A program made the translations under genes and the position numbers. Below, piece after piece: positions 9,955-20,429 of a stretch of DNA of 64,000 nucleotides. Position 1 is the first letter of the stretch; each line of letters begins with the position of its first letter. Origin of the DNA: Nostoc sp. DedSLP01. GTDB lineage: Bacteria > Cyanobacteriota > Cyanobacteriia > Cyanobacteriales > Nostocaceae. Under the pieces are notes generated by a model. The model had not been told where the DNA came from. It made no database searches and was given only the letters and a program-made list of their open reading frames with translations. Location: positions 288,001 through 352,000 of the forward strand of contig JAVRCJ020000004.1 in NCBI GenBank assembly GCA_034530875.2, in the 5' to 3' direction.

Positions 9955-11871
9955 ATGCAAACACAAGACAGGGTAAAAGTCAAGCAAGTCGCCCAAGCGA
10001 TCGCGGCTAGCCAAGAGTATCTGCTTTCAATTCAAAATCCGGCAGGTTATTGGTGGGCTGAGTTGGAATCTAATGTCACCATCACCGCTGAAGTCGTACT
10101 GTTACATAAGATTTGGGGAACAGACAAAGCAAGACCTTTGCACAAAGTTGCAGCCTACCTGCGTCAAGAACAACGGGAACATGGTGGCTGGGAGCTTTTC
10201 TATGGCGATGGCGGAGAACTTAGCACCTCAGTTGAAGCTTACATGGCGCTGAGACTGCTGGGTGTACCAGCAACCGACCCGGCACTAGTTCGGGCGCGAA
10301 AATTTATTCTCGAACGCGGTGGCATCAGCAAAACTCGCATTTTTACTAAGTTGCACCTAGCTTTGATTGGCTGTTACAACTGGCGCGGCATTCCCTCGTT
10401 ACCACCTTGGATAATGCTGTTGCCCGAAGCTTTCCCGGTGAATATTTACGAGATGTCTAGTTGGGCGCGTTCCAGCACTGTACCGCTGTTGATTGTATGC
10501 GATCGCAAACCGATTTTTGCCACCGACTCAGCTATCAACCTAGATGAACTATACGTTGAAGGTGTGGATCGAGTCCAATGGCAATTACCCAAAAATAACG
10601 ACTGGACAGATTTATTCCTCACCCTCGATGATGGCTTCAAGTTGGCAGAACGCTTAAATTTAGTACCCTTCCGCGAAGAAGGCATCAAAGCCGCCGAAAA
10701 GTGGATTTTAGAACGACAAGAAGTCACAGGCGACTGGGGCGGAATTATTCCGGCGATGTTGAATTCCATGTTGGCTTTGCGCTGTCTCGATTATGACCGA
10801 AGCGACCCCATTGTAGAACGAGGGTTGCAAGCAATTGATAACTTTGCCATTGAAACAGACGACTGTTATCGAATACAGCCTTGTATTTCACCCATCTGGG
10901 ATACAGCTTGGGCGATACGCGCTTTGGTAGATTCTGGTTTTGCACCAGACCATCCGGCTGTGGTACGTGCTGGTGAATGGTTGCTGCAAAAGCAAATTTT
11001 GGATTATGGAGATTGGGCTGTTAAAAATCACCAAGGAAAACCAGGGGCTTGGGCGTTTGAATTTGACAATCGCTTTTATCCCGATGTCGATGACTCGGCT
11101 GTGGTGGTGATGGCGCTACATCAAGCAAAACTGCCCAATGAAAAACTCAAACAAGCCGCGATCGCTCGTGCCTTAAAATGGATTGCATCAATGCAGTGTA
11201 AACCAGGCGGTTGGGCTGCTTTTGATGTAGACAACGACCAAGATTGGCTCAACTCCATCCCCTATGGAGATTTAAAAGCCATGATTGACCCAAACACCGC
11301 AGATGTTACCGCCAGAGTTCTAGAAATGCTCGGTGCTTGTAATTTGTCAATTGAGCCGCACAACCTAGAACGGGCGCTGAGTTATCTTTTGAACGAACAA
11401 GAAACAGAAGGCTGTTGGTTTGGTCGTTGGGGTGTAAACTACATCTACGGTACTAGTGGCGTCCTTTCTGCTCTAGCGTTGATTGACCCTCAAAAGTATA
11501 AAGTTAATATCCAACGGGGAGCAGCTTGGCTGTTAGGATGTCAAAATCCAGATGGTGGTTGGGGCGAAACTTGCCGCAGCTATGACGATCCTAATCTCAA
11601 GGGAAAAGGAAATAGTACAGCATCTCAAACTGCTTGGGCTTTAATTGGCTTGTTGGCAGCAGGTGAAGCAACTGGGAAATTAGCCCTAGAAGCTATCGAA
11701 CGCGGAATTAACTACCTTGTGACTACTCAAAAACCTGATGGTACTTGGTTTGAAGCAGACTTTACAGGTACTGGCTTCCCTTGCCATTTTTATCTCAAGT
11801 ATCACATGTATCAACAATACTTTCCTTTAATTGCGCTAGGTCGCTATCAAGCAGCGATTACAAAAGGTTAA
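9955..11871 (+). CDS. shc: Squalene-hopene cyclase
   Basis: DVDD (DxDD) motif, QW repeats, GRWGVNYIYGT, GTGFP. Confidence 0.97.
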   Translation: MQTQDRVKVKQVAQAIAASQEYLLSIQNPAGYWWAELESNVTITAEVVLLHKIWGTDKARPLHKVAAYLRQEQREHGGWELFYGDGGELSTSVEAYMALRLLGVPATDPALVRARKFILERGGISKTRIFTKLHLALIGCYNWRGIPSLPPWIMLLPEAFPVNIYEMSSWARSSTVPLLIVCDRKPIFATDSAINLDELYVEGVDRVQWQLPKNNDWTDLFLTLDDGFKLAERLNLVPFREEGIKAAEKWILERQEVTGDWGGIIPAMLNSMLALRCLDYDRSDPIVERGLQAIDNFAIETDDCYRIQPCISPIWDTAWAIRALVDSGFAPDHPAVVRAGEWLLQKQILDYGDWAVKNHQGKPGAWAFEFDNRFYPDVDDSAVVVMALHQAKLPNEKLKQAAIARALKWIASMQCKPGGWAAFDVDNDQDWLNSIPYGDLKAMIDPNTADVTARVLEMLGACNLSIEPHNLERALSYLLNEQETEGCWFGRWGVNYIYGTSGVLSALALIDPQKYKVNIQRGAAWLLGCQNPDGGWGETCRSYDDPNLKGKGNSTASQTAWALIGLLAAGEATGKLALEAIERGINYLVTTQKPDGTWFEADFTGTGFPCHFYLKYHMYQQYFPLIALGRYQAAITKG

Positions 11872-12517
11872 TTGGATGCAACATACTCTTAAGGATCGCA
11901 AATAAATAATTGAGTATTGGGGATTGCGTATTAGAAAATACTTCTACTTTCCAATCCCTAATCTTTTATCTTATTTCAGCAGAAGCGATAATTACTTGAT
12001 GATTAAAACACTCTGTGTAAGAACGCCAGATTTTTTGATAATTATTAAAATGAATTTACGGTAAATTCTGTTAGTAATGTATCGAGTAAAAGATGGATGT
12101 TGTATCATATTTGCAGTAGAAAATGAGTCTGCAACCTTGGAGCGATCGCTAATATCAAATCCCTTCAAATCTCAGCCACATTGCTTTTGCGCTCAAAATT
12201 TTTATTCACCATAGTAAATTATAGTAATTTATTTATACTTTAGCGTTGACCCAAAATGTAATTTAGTCTTACAATAAGAAACAATTAAATTAATTTGCAC
12301 AGTCAAAACTTTGACTTTACTGAATATTTTTCTATTAATCTAAAAGATTGCAGTTGTAGATAGAACAATCTAAAAAAATAGAATATTAGCGTAAAAAGCA
12401 CATATTTAAACCGGCCATAAGACAGATTAAATAAGATATAATTACTTTTAATATATAGAATACCAAACAAAGGGCGTTACGACTCGAAGGTGCAACTAAC
12501 GCAAGGACATAAATAAT

Positions 12518-12549
12518 CACAGAGTAAAAATTTTAGTTTTTACTCTGTG
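12518..12549. terminator. Stem-loop between convergent shc and HCP genes (possible terminator)
   Basis: CACAGAGTAAAAA-ttttag-TTTTTACTCTGTG 13-bp stem. Confidence 0.45.
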
Positions 12550-12554
12550 TTTAA

Positions 12555-12656
12555 TATAGCAATCCTATTTGATTTGTAAAACTACTCGTAGAGGCAGAGA
12601 GTAGGGAATAGGGAATGGGGAGTAGATTTATTTGTAACTCATTTAGGATTGCTATA
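12555..12656. mobile_element. MITE-like element with STRR core
   Basis: Ends TATAGCAATCCTA / TAGGATTGCTATA enclosing GGGAATA/GGGGAGT heptamers. Confidence 0.6.
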
Positions 12657-12661
12657 AATTG

Positions 12662-13150
12662 CTAAATTTCTGCGCCCGGTCTTGGTTCGGCACCAAATGG
12701 TGCAACATAATCACGGAAAAGAGTAATCTGTTGCTCAAAAGGTAATCCCTGAATTCTGGTAAACAGCGCTTGAGCTTCTGAGGGAAGTTGATAATCATCA
12801 GGTACAGAAATCACAGTACCATTTGCCATACCTTGAGCTAGTAGATACCAGAAAAGTAGCTTGGTGGTGTCGCCTAAAGAACCATATTCACGAGAAATTT
12901 GGGTATCAGCTTTGTTAATCAAATCGCGTTGAACTTGTAATTGCTGTTCCTTAGATAATTCCTTGACTTGATTAAACAAACCTTCAGCAATACCTGAAGA
13001 GGCGGTGCTAGCACCAGGGGCGGCTGGAGTAATTGAGTGACCTATTTCTTTATAGATAAACCAAAACAAAGCCAACTGTAGATCTACATCTAAGTTTTGC
13101 CAAGCTTCTACGTGTTGGCGAATATTTGGATCGCTAGTTTGTGTTGTCAT
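12662..13150 (-). CDS. Helical carotenoid protein (orange carotenoid protein N-terminal domain only)
   Basis: QLALFWFIY..ITPAAPG, TKLLFWYLLAQGM motifs; no C-terminal NTF2 domain; start placed at MTTQTS. Confidence 0.88.
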   Translation of the reverse strand: MTTQTSDPNIRQHVEAWQNLDVDLQLALFWFIYKEIGHSITPAAPGASTASSGIAEGLFNQVKELSKEQQLQVQRDLINKADTQISREYGSLGDTTKLLFWYLLAQGMANGTVISVPDDYQLPSEAQALFTRIQGLPFEQQITLFRDYVAPFGAEPRPGAEI

Positions 13151-13406
13151 TGTTAACTCCAATTGCAATTAATTCTGTGTTATTTGCAACGTTAACAAAT
13201 GTACATTTGGACTTTTACCTTACTGAAGACAGATGTATCTAAATCACAAAGAAGAAGAATTTACAAAGAAAACATAAATTGGCTAAAGTGTAGTCCTGCA
13301 TAAGAAAGATTAGAAATTAAGACTTAGATTTAGATACCTGGCTTTTTCAATAAGGACTGACAAATAAAAAAATATCCAATTAACTCTTGTGGGGTGGGCG
13401 TCTCGC

Positions 13407-13578
13407 CATTAGTGTCAAGTGGGTTAAACTCAACACCCTTGGTTGAGAATAGCCATGACTAAGCCACGCAAAAAATAAGGAAATTCAGACTTTCGACATT
13501 AGGTAACTTGCCCAGGCCCAAGAAGCCAAGAGATAGACTCACGGTTGATAAAGCTATTTAATCTTGTCACGCCAGTAG
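13407..13578 (+). mobile_element. Internally deleted IS remnant (probable IS4-like)
   Basis: Imperfect ends CATTAGTGTCAAG / CTTGTCACGCCAGTAG; inside a stop-riddled MTKPRKK*GNSDFR frame resembling cyanobacterial transposase N-termini. Confidence 0.4.
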
Positions 13579-13642
13579 CCTAACGCGCCTAAATTGTTAA
13601 CTGAGTTTTTTAAGTAACAAAAAATTTACTATTGAGACTAAA

Positions 13643-16600
13643 TTAAACCACAACTCCTTCCAATTCCTCATCTGTCAACTCATACAATTGACGCAACTTA
13701 TCTAACTTCTCATTATCAGCTTGCCAGAAACCGCGCCCATGCGCTTCTAACATTCTGCCTACAATATTGCGGAAAGCTTCAGGATTTGCTTTGCGTAATT
13801 TCTCGGACATTTCTGCATCTAAAGCATAAGTATCAGCTGCTTGATCGTAAACCCAATTATCGGTAAAATCGGCAGTACCACCCCAACCAATTAACGCCGT
13901 CATCCGTTGGGAAATTTCAAATGCACCACCCGAACCTTGATTCGCCATTGCTTCGGCCCATTTGGGATTTACTAATTTGCTGCGATATTCAATTCTGAGT
14001 AAATCATCTAAATTGCGGGGTGTGGTATCTTTCGAGAAACTTTCTACAAAACTGGTTGTAACTTTCTTACCGCGTTGTTTTTCTGCTGCTTTTTTCAAAC
14101 CGCCGGTATTAGCGTAATATTCTTGAATATCGGTTAAACCATATTCTACAGAATCGATTTCTTGTACAATGCGATCGCTTGTTTTCAATAACGTATTCAA
14201 AACTTCCGGTCTAGCTTGACCTTTATCGTTTCTACCATAGCTAAAAACATTCCGACTTTGCCAAGTATTACCTAATTCTTCGCCAGATTCCCAGTTTCCA
14301 TCAACGACTTTATCATTAACCAAAGAACCAAAATCACCCGCAGGATTAGAAAACAATCTCGCCGATGCATTTTCTATACCTTGGGCTTTCAAAAGTAAAG
14401 CGTGTTTTCTAATAAAATTTTGTTCCTCTGGTTCATCAATATCAGCCGCCCGTTGAAACAAATCATCCAACAATTCGATAATATTCACAAAACTATCGCG
14501 GAAAATTCCAGATAAATTTCCCAACACATCAATGCGAGGATGTCCAACCTCTGCCAAAGGTTTTAATTCATAACGAACAATTCGCCCCGTTCCTTCTTTA
14601 ACAGGTTCAGCACCTACTAATTCCAAAAGAATCCCCAAAGATTCACCTTTAGTTTTAATTGCATCCAATCCCCATAACATCACCGCCACAGTTTCCGGAT
14701 ATTTACCATGTTCTTCCAAATGCTGGGCGATAATTTTTTGAGCAATTTCTCGTCCCCGTTCGTAAGCCCCAGGTGAAGGCATTCGATAAGGATCTAAAGC
14801 ATGAATATTTCTCCCAGTTGGTAACACGCCAACCCCATCCCGCAACAAATCACCACCAGGCGCAGGCGGAATATATTCCCCATTTAATCCTCTTAATAAA
14901 TTAGTTAACTCATCCGTAGATTGCATCAACAAATCTTTGATTAATCTTGCCTCTTCTTCTCTTTCTTCTTCACGTCTTGGCGTTGCTTCGCCAAAATAAG
15001 CTTCTAAATACGAAGCTAATTTTTCTTCATTCGGCTGTTCTCCTAATGTATGTAAACCTGAAGAAAATAAACGATTTTCTAAAACTTGTAAATATTCATA
15101 TAACTCGACTAAGTAATGTTCAAATGCATGGCTACTAAACATCCGAATATTTTCAGGAGTGAACGAAATACCCAACTTTTTCGCATCTTCAAACGGGCAA
15201 TCTGCATCTAAACCAGTATCCACAATTTTTTTACAAATAATTTCCTTCAGGGCATAATTTTTTTGCGGATCTTCTCGATATTCTGAGATTAAATCTCGCA
15301 ATGCCATTAATTCCTTATACAAACCCGCACGTCCATAAGGCGGTACGTTATGAGAAATCAATACACCATAACCGCGGCGTTTTGCCAAAATCGATTCCGA
15401 AGGATTATTCGCCGCATATATATAGAGATTAGGCAAATCTGCTAACAGAATATCCGACCAAGAATAACCAGTATTACCTAAAGGGGAACCAGGCAACCAT
15501 TCCACCGTACCATGCATTCCAAAGTGAACTATGGCATCAGCTTGAAACTCATTTTGCAACCATTTATAGTAAGCAGCATATTGGGGATGTGGCGTTAAAT
15601 CGCGTTCAAACATTAAACGCATGGGGTCGCCTTGTATTCCCAAAGGTGGTTGTACGCCTATCCACACATTGCCTGATTGTACACCACCAATTTGAAATTC
15701 ATCGCCATAGGTTTTAATACCAGTTCCCGTGAGAGATTTCCATTGTTTTTCGATGCGAGATGTTCGCAGATATCCCAGCCATTTTTCTAATGTGCGGACG
15801 TTGACGGATACGGGAATATTATTTTGGTCATTTAAAGATTCATCTGCTTCTTTCACCCAGCGAATCAATTCTTCCCCATCTTCTGGTAAATCTCCGAGTG
15901 TGTAACCTTGGTCTTTGAGTGCAGAAAGAAATTTTAAAAGACTACGTGGAACATTTAAAAGTGCAGCCGTGCCTACAGCACCGTAACCTGGAGGGAAGCC
16001 ATATAAAATAACCGCAATCTTCCGTTCCGATGCAGGTTTTTGCCGCAAAGCCACCCAGCTTTTGACTCTACCAATTAATCGCTGTACCCGTTCGGGAACC
16101 AGATAAATATTTTCGCCGACTAAACCGCCGAGGGGAACGGTATCAATTGCGCCATCAAGTTCCGGTAACGCATACAATACGACACTTTGCAAGCCACCGA
16201 CACCTTGACGCGTCCAAGAGTAAATATCTTGAATTAATAATGGTGCTGCAACAATATAAGGTACGTTCTTCGCACTAAGGATGCGCTTTGCTACTTCTAC
16301 CTGGCGTCCTGCTTCCATTGAACCAGCCGGGCCGCCCACTAAAGGAAAACCAATTGTAGAAACGATCGCATCTACTTTCACTGCTTCAGTTGAAAGTGAG
16401 GGAGTCTCAATATTACCTAATTTTCGTTGCTGAATTTCGTAGTCAGTCGTCATCCAATCTCGTACCGCCACGTGTCCTTCCACGCCGTTGATGAAAATCG
16501 GCACAGGAATTAACCCAGCTGATTCAAAACAACGAATCAGTTGCGGAATATAAGGTTGTTTAGTAATTACGTGTTTGCGGTAAAGTAAAATTCCGATAGT

Positions 16601-17323
16601 TGGGGAGTGGGGAGTGGGGAGTGGGGAGTCGGAAATTTTCCCTATTCCCTTGTTCTGATACCATTCCAAATATTCACGCGGCGATACAAAAAACCCTGAA
16701 TAATCGGGATGGAGTAAACCCATATTCGGCGTTTCTACTGGCGGGGGAATATCGCCGACTTTCAAACCTAAGTATTTTTCTGCCAGCGTCCAGAATAATG
16801 AAGCTACGTTTTCTGAACCGCCAGCATTCCAGTAACCATAGATAATTAACCAGTTGCGTAAGTCTTGGGCTTTTTGTACTGGTACGTATTTCAGGAGTTT
16901 CGGGCCAATTTTTAAGAAGCTGATGTAACCTGCGAGTTTGTCTTCTTCCCGTCCGTTGCTGAATTTGTCGAGGATGAATTTAACTGGTTTGGGCATTCCT
17001 TTGGGTTTATCGCCAATAGCAAAATCACCCAACTTGGTTAAACTCATCAATTCCAAGGCTGACTCAAACACCAAGCGAATCGGAATTTGGGCAATGCGAT
17101 CGCGCAACCACACAACTTGGTCATAATCAAATAGTAAGCTGCCGAAAAACACATCCGCGCCATTGAGTGCTGCTTCTACTTCTTGGCGTTTGCTTGTAAG
17201 ATCGCGATCGCTAAACACTCGAATATCCAACTCCGGACAGCGAGAGTTAGCCAAAAAAGCCGCTTTTCTGTACAAGTCAGCGTTGAATGATTCAAACCCA
17301 GCAATCAAGACGATGCGTTTCAT
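13643..17323 (-). CDS. bchH: Magnesium chelatase subunit H (CobN/BchH family, non-canonical paralogue)
   Basis: GFPLVGGPAG, HFGMHGTVEWLPG, YAANNPSE, LPTGRNIHALDP, QEYYANTGGL motifs. Confidence 0.88.
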   Translation of the reverse strand: MKRIVLIAGFESFNADLYRKAAFLANSRCPELDIRVFSDRDLTSKRQEVEAALNGADVFFGSLLFDYDQVVWLRDRIAQIPIRLVFESALELMSLTKLGDFAIGDKPKGMPKPVKFILDKFSNGREEDKLAGYISFLKIGPKLLKYVPVQKAQDLRNWLIIYGYWNAGGSENVASLFWTLAEKYLGLKVGDIPPPVETPNMGLLHPDYSGFFVSPREYLEWYQNKGIGKISDSPLPTPHSPTIGILLYRKHVITKQPYIPQLIRCFESAGLIPVPIFINGVEGHVAVRDWMTTDYEIQQRKLGNIETPSLSTEAVKVDAIVSTIGFPLVGGPAGSMEAGRQVEVAKRILSAKNVPYIVAAPLLIQDIYSWTRQGVGGLQSVVLYALPELDGAIDTVPLGGLVGENIYLVPERVQRLIGRVKSWVALRQKPASERKIAVILYGFPPGYGAVGTAALLNVPRSLLKFLSALKDQGYTLGDLPEDGEELIRWVKEADESLNDQNNIPVSVNVRTLEKWLGYLRTSRIEKQWKSLTGTGIKTYGDEFQIGGVQSGNVWIGVQPPLGIQGDPMRLMFERDLTPHPQYAAYYKWLQNEFQADAIVHFGMHGTVEWLPGSPLGNTGYSWSDILLADLPNLYIYAANNPSESILAKRRGYGVLISHNVPPYGRAGLYKELMALRDLISEYREDPQKNYALKEIICKKIVDTGLDADCPFEDAKKLGISFTPENIRMFSSHAFEHYLVELYEYLQVLENRLFSSGLHTLGEQPNEEKLASYLEAYFGEATPRREEEREEEARLIKDLLMQSTDELTNLLRGLNGEYIPPAPGGDLLRDGVGVLPTGRNIHALDPYRMPSPGAYERGREIAQKIIAQHLEEHGKYPETVAVMLWGLDAIKTKGESLGILLELVGAEPVKEGTGRIVRYELKPLAEVGHPRIDVLGNLSGIFRDSFVNIIELLDDLFQRAADIDEPEEQNFIRKHALLLKAQGIENASARLFSNPAGDFGSLVNDKVVDGNWESGEELGNTWQSRNVFSYGRNDKGQARPEVLNTLLKTSDRIVQEIDSVEYGLTDIQEYYANTGGLKKAAEKQRGKKVTTSFVESFSKDTTPRNLDDLLRIEYRSKLVNPKWAEAMANQGSGGAFEISQRMTALIGWGGTADFTDNWVYDQAADTYALDAEMSEKLRKANPEAFRNIVGRMLEAHGRGFWQADNEKLDKLRQLYELTDEELEGVVV

Positions 17324-18055
17324 GCCCGTAAGCTACGAAATATTTCTTTACTTAAATTTTAAACGCGGTTTCAGTCTGATTGTGAAATATCTACCAATAG
17401 GTTCGATAGGTTCAAGCTAGTATAATTTTAAAGGTATAAAATTTATTGCGTATTTCTTCAGGCTATAAAGAATTATCGAAACAATCGGGTCTAAAACCTT
17501 AGCTTTTAAGACGAAAAATTTTTGGAATAGGGTATAAATCCTCTTTACAAAAACGGCCTCCTGCCCCCTGCCCCCTGCCTCCTGCCTTCGTTAAGTGTTA
17601 AGCTACTCAGGGTTAACACGAAGGTAAGGATAGAGTTTGTGAAAGATTTACAGCTTTATCAGCCGACGTTTACATTAGGCGATGCTTTTAACTTTGGCAT
17701 TGGACTAGGTAGATTTGTCATGGTTTTCTACTTATACTAAGCGTTATTATCGGAATAATGGGGATAATTGCTGCATTGCAATTTATTGCAAAAATCACTA
17801 GCTGATTCTCGATTTTGATAAATTATGACGGTTGTGTTTTTTTTGTAACAATATATCTTGTTTCGGCAAAATTGACGGCAAAAAATTTGTTGTTTAGGAT
17901 AGCACAAAAATTTATTTGTCTGTCAGTTTACTTATCGTTTCAAGAATGAAATCATTACCGAAAATTAGTTTAAAAAAAACTATTAGCAAAATTTTGTTTA
18001 TATAATTTTAAAAGTTTGCAACTAGTATAAAAATCAGTCAATTGAGGATGGAATC

Positions 18056-18997
18056 ATGAAATTCGGAATTGATAGCGGTCACAATTGCCCACCAGACACG
18101 GGAGCTAGAGGAATTAAGGTTGAAGATAATTTAACTTTAGATGTCGGCAATAGAGTTATAAGTAAGTTAAGAGCTTTAGGGCATGAAGTTGTTGTATGTA
18201 AACCAAGTAGCGCGAGTACAGTACGTGACTCGCTATCAAAAAGATGTGCTACAGCTAATGCGAGTAGAGTAGATATTTATGTGTCAATTCATTTTAATTC
18301 TTTTAACTCGCAAGCTAATGGCACAGAAGTATTTGCAACTAGCGAAGCAGGAAGAAAAATCGCTAAACCTGTATTAGATGAAATCGTCAAGTTGGGATTT
18401 TTCAATCGCGGTGTTAAGAGTGGCTCCCACTTGTTTGTTCTGAAAAATACAGATATGCCAGCGATTTTGGTAGAAGGTTGCTTTGTAGATTCGGCAAAAG
18501 ATATGAATCTTTTTAATGCCGAAGCAATGGCAAATGCGATCGTCAAAGGCTTAACTGGTAAAGTGCCAAGTAACCCAGTTCCCCCAGTACCAGACGAAGA
18601 AGAAAATGTAGATGATACTATTAAGAGGCTGCAACAAGCTCTAAATCGATTAAAAATAACTGATGCAAATGGTAAAGCATTAGTAGAAGATGGTATAAGC
18701 GGGGGTAATACAAAATCTGCCACACAAAAATTCCAGAATATTATCGGAGTGCAGCCGACTGGAATTGCTGACAAAACTACATGGAATGCCATCAATGTAA
18801 TTTTGGCAAAACGAATTATCCGACTAAACCATGCTGGTGGTGAAGTTGTCAGATACTTGCAATACCGTATGGGTCTTGAAATTGATGGCGTTTACGGGCC
18901 GCAAACCGAAGCTGCGATCGAGAATTTTCAAAGACAAAACGGTTTAGATGCTGATGGGATTGTTGGGCCTGCTAGTTGGCAGAAATTAATTGGTTAG
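18056..18997 (+). CDS. N-acetylmuramoyl-L-alanine amidase (Amidase_3) with C-terminal PG-binding domains
   Basis: DSGH, E, SIHFN, ILVEGCF zinc-amidase motifs; DGVYGPQT / DGIVGPASW repeats. Confidence 0.92.
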   Translation: MKFGIDSGHNCPPDTGARGIKVEDNLTLDVGNRVISKLRALGHEVVVCKPSSASTVRDSLSKRCATANASRVDIYVSIHFNSFNSQANGTEVFATSEAGRKIAKPVLDEIVKLGFFNRGVKSGSHLFVLKNTDMPAILVEGCFVDSAKDMNLFNAEAMANAIVKGLTGKVPSNPVPPVPDEEENVDDTIKRLQQALNRLKITDANGKALVEDGISGGNTKSATQKFQNIIGVQPTGIADKTTWNAINVILAKRIIRLNHAGGEVVRYLQYRMGLEIDGVYGPQTEAAIENFQRQNGLDADGIVGPASWQKLIG

Positions 18998-19071
18998 ACT
19001 AAAGCTGTTTGAAGTGTAAAGTATGAAGGATGAAGGTAGCAGACAGAAGGCTATCAATGAAAAAGAATTGA

Positions 19072-19314
19072 AGAATTCAGAAGTCAGAATGGGCTACGCC
19101 CCGCTACGCTAACAGGAGTGAGAATGCAATTCTAGGGGAATTCAGACCCGCCACTCTCTTACAAAGTTCCGATCCGAGGAAGCCTCAGCTCGGACTTTGC
19201 GCTAATTGAAGACCACCAAATTGAAAATTTGGTGGGGGTCTTAAACCCCTGCAATTCATGCACCAGTCGCACTCAAGTAAATTCTGAATTCTGACTCCTG
19301 ACTTCTGAATTCTG
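19072..19314. repeat. Composite dispersed repeat: TTCTGAA/TTCTGAC heptamer arms around palindromic cores
   Basis: CAGAATGGGCTACGCCCCGCTACGCTAACAGGAG also present inverted at about 29890-29925; internal hairpin CCACCAAATT/AATTTGGTGG. Confidence 0.7.
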
Positions 19315-19377
19315 TTTGATAAAACTTGATGTTTTGTAGCTCATTCTTCATACTTCATACTTCAGCTTTTAGCAGAA

Positions 19378-19962
19378 TTAGCCGCGATTTCGTTCTAGCA
19401 GTATCATCATCATCAAACTTAATAAAATTTGCTGTTCTTCGCGATCGCTAACTCGATCCACAGCTTTAATGGTAAATTTTCTAGAGAGGAAAGCGGGAAT
19501 TTTTTCCAAACGCATTACAACCGTACCATCATCTCGGCTGACCAAGTAGACTGGATTAAAAACATAACCAGTAAACATACCCACAATCGGAATTTCTGCG
19601 AAGAGGGCATCAGCAATTTTCACCCATGGATTTTTCTCTTGGATGTTCAAAGTAGTCGTCTCGCCATCAAAAATGTCATAACGCGCACGCCAAAGAGATT
19701 TTAATCCGCGTCGTTTTACCGAACCAATATAAGTACCGTTGCTATCGGTAAAATCATAGCGTGCCGAAAAGTCAATAATCCGATCTGCTTTGATGTAGTA
19801 TAGGGGACGAGTTTGCTCGCGATCGGCAAAGATTGTAATTGCTTCTTTGAACTTGAAGAGTTTCTGTTTAACATAAAAAGCCAAATTCCCTTGAGCATCA
19901 GCAACAGATATTTGTGGCGCTAATGCCCAGAATTTAAAGGTGAGTTCCAAAGGATACTGCAT
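19378..19962 (-). CDS. LURP-one/scramblase-like hypothetical protein
   Basis: YVKQKLFKFKEAITIF, IKADRIIDFSARY, GSVKRRGLKSLW patterns; start at MQYPL. Confidence 0.7.
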   Translation of the reverse strand: MQYPLELTFKFWALAPQISVADAQGNLAFYVKQKLFKFKEAITIFADREQTRPLYYIKADRIIDFSARYDFTDSNGTYIGSVKRRGLKSLWRARYDIFDGETTTLNIQEKNPWVKIADALFAEIPIVGMFTGYVFNPVYLVSRDDGTVVMRLEKIPAFLSRKFTIKAVDRVSDREEQQILLSLMMMILLERNRG

Positions 19963-20429
19963 ATTTTTGGGCAAAACTAGGAAATTGCCATCCTATTAAT
20001 CCCAATTCTAGAGAAAAAGTAACATTAAGCTTGGCGAGTAAAACTAGGGTGTGGGGTGTGGGGTGTAGGGTGTAGGGAAAATTCTTCTTCACTACTTCCT
20101 AAACTGAAGCGCGTCCACACATAAACATTGTGAATTGCAAATTGGTATTAAATAACCAGGGCGTAGGAAGCAACCTATGGTGCTGACAGAAATTTGTTCA
20201 ACTTTACAAGTTTTGCGCTTGAAAGTATCAAGCGGACTCGATCGTAGGCAATTTCCTATCGCTCTGGTGCTGTTTTGGCGGTGAAGTTTCGCCAAAAGTA
20301 TAAAAAGTAAAGGGCTTTCCAAGCCTATAACACTTTTTTCAAATTTATTGTATAATGGCACACATTTTTACCAATAGAAAAACCTCCCTAAGTGGGAGGC
20401 TCAAAATTTAGCGGAGACAACTTGTAAAC

